IMG/VR virus record: IMGVR_UViG_3300030616_000506 | Location: 80,546 to 144,545 of that record | Length of the DNA: 64,000 bases | Origin: a virus | Direction: 5' to 3' (one strand) | Shown here: in pieces, positions 63,386-64,000 of the stretch | Layout: every line of letters begins with the position of its first letter | Numbering within the stretch: the first letter of the stretch is position 1 | Program-made: the position numbers and the translations under genes | Notes under the pieces: generated by a model | What the model saw: only the letters and a program-made list of their open reading frames with translations | Database searches by the model: none | What the model was told of the DNA's origin: nothing

Positions 63386-64000
63386 ACTAATATTACAATA
63401 TAGATATATCATATTATCAAAATTTTAAGCACTAAATTCTTTATTCATTATTATTTAGATTTAAACTACTCAAAAAATTTCTAATCAAAAAATTATATAT
63501 TAATATTAAAAAAATAAAGTTTGAATAAAAATAACAGAAAAAAATAAAAATGGCAATATTATCTATCTAGTATTATAATCTAGATTATTATATTAATAAC
63601 AACATAAATAAGCCTTAAAGTATATACAAATATATACATATACTGCTTAGTATCCCACCTCCGGTGTAACGGAAACTCAAAAAGCAGTCCTGATATCCTC
63701 ATCGCAGCACCTTAATTTTATACCCCCATTTTTCACCAAAATAACGATAAATTGTAGCAACATACTATATAAAGGTTTTGGTAGCCCAACAGGAGTGGAG
63801 TACTCAAATTATGAAAAGTTATGCTCGTGTATATTATTATGGAGGAAGGAAAAAATATTTAAACCTTTCTACAATAAGTATAAATAAGATGAATTCGTTA
63901 ATTACGGAGAGCCAATAGCTAAGGCGGGAATGATGGTGGGAAACATTTTACTTATTCTATTCTATATTAATTAGATGATATAATGACTAAAGTTAATAAG

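Noticed and set aside
63774-63960. tRNA-like start GGTTTTGGTAGCCCAACAGG and nearby GC-richer patches
   Set aside because: No T-arm (GTTCRANTC) or matching acceptor 3' strand found; a cloverleaf could not be built.
1-64000. Alternative genetic code or stop-codon reassignment
   Set aside because: Long conserved genes are intact under the standard code and all three stops are used; the short ORFs have coherent starts and conserved ends.

Overview
AT-rich 64 kb segment of what looks like a large archaeal virus or virus-like extrachromosomal element. Evidence: archaeal-type PolB, AEP primase with a PriL-like Fe-S tail, RadA-like recombinase, XPF/ERCC4 nuclease, ribosomal protein eS17, GGTGA/GAGTGA-type RBSs and TATA boxes, densely packed small ORFans and essentially all credible genes on the minus strand. 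No capsid, terminase or portal gene is recognisable here, so the viral call is an inference. Layout in the direction of transcription (right to left): an extremely AT-rich, largely non-coding control region (about 56-64 kb) with TATA boxes, hairpins and a candidate structured RNA; a putative early region (about 36.6-56 kb) of small proteins, a MoxR-type AAA plus VWA/metallopeptidase pair and a radical SAM locus; a replication/recombination module (about 22-35 kb); and an auxiliary region (1-21 kb) with class II RNR, glutaredoxin, Hsp20, CSP, FeoA, two clan-CD protease-like genes and a large glycan/sulfate modification cluster. Most striking observations: (1) about 33 otherwise dissimilar small proteins share a C-terminal peptide tag (consensus roughly K-[LI]-[ST]-x-[DE]-E-x-M-V-E-x-L-COOH) that none of the recognisable enzymes carry; (2) a radical SAM/SPASM-like enzyme sits next to four ORFs carrying an N-terminal LNPNCSE motif; (3) a ~150-nt multi-stem RNA candidate with a T-loop; (4) GATC is apparently absent from the last 22 kb, and further palindromic 4-mers drop out towards the right end. 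All family assignments are by-eye motif recognition, not database searches.
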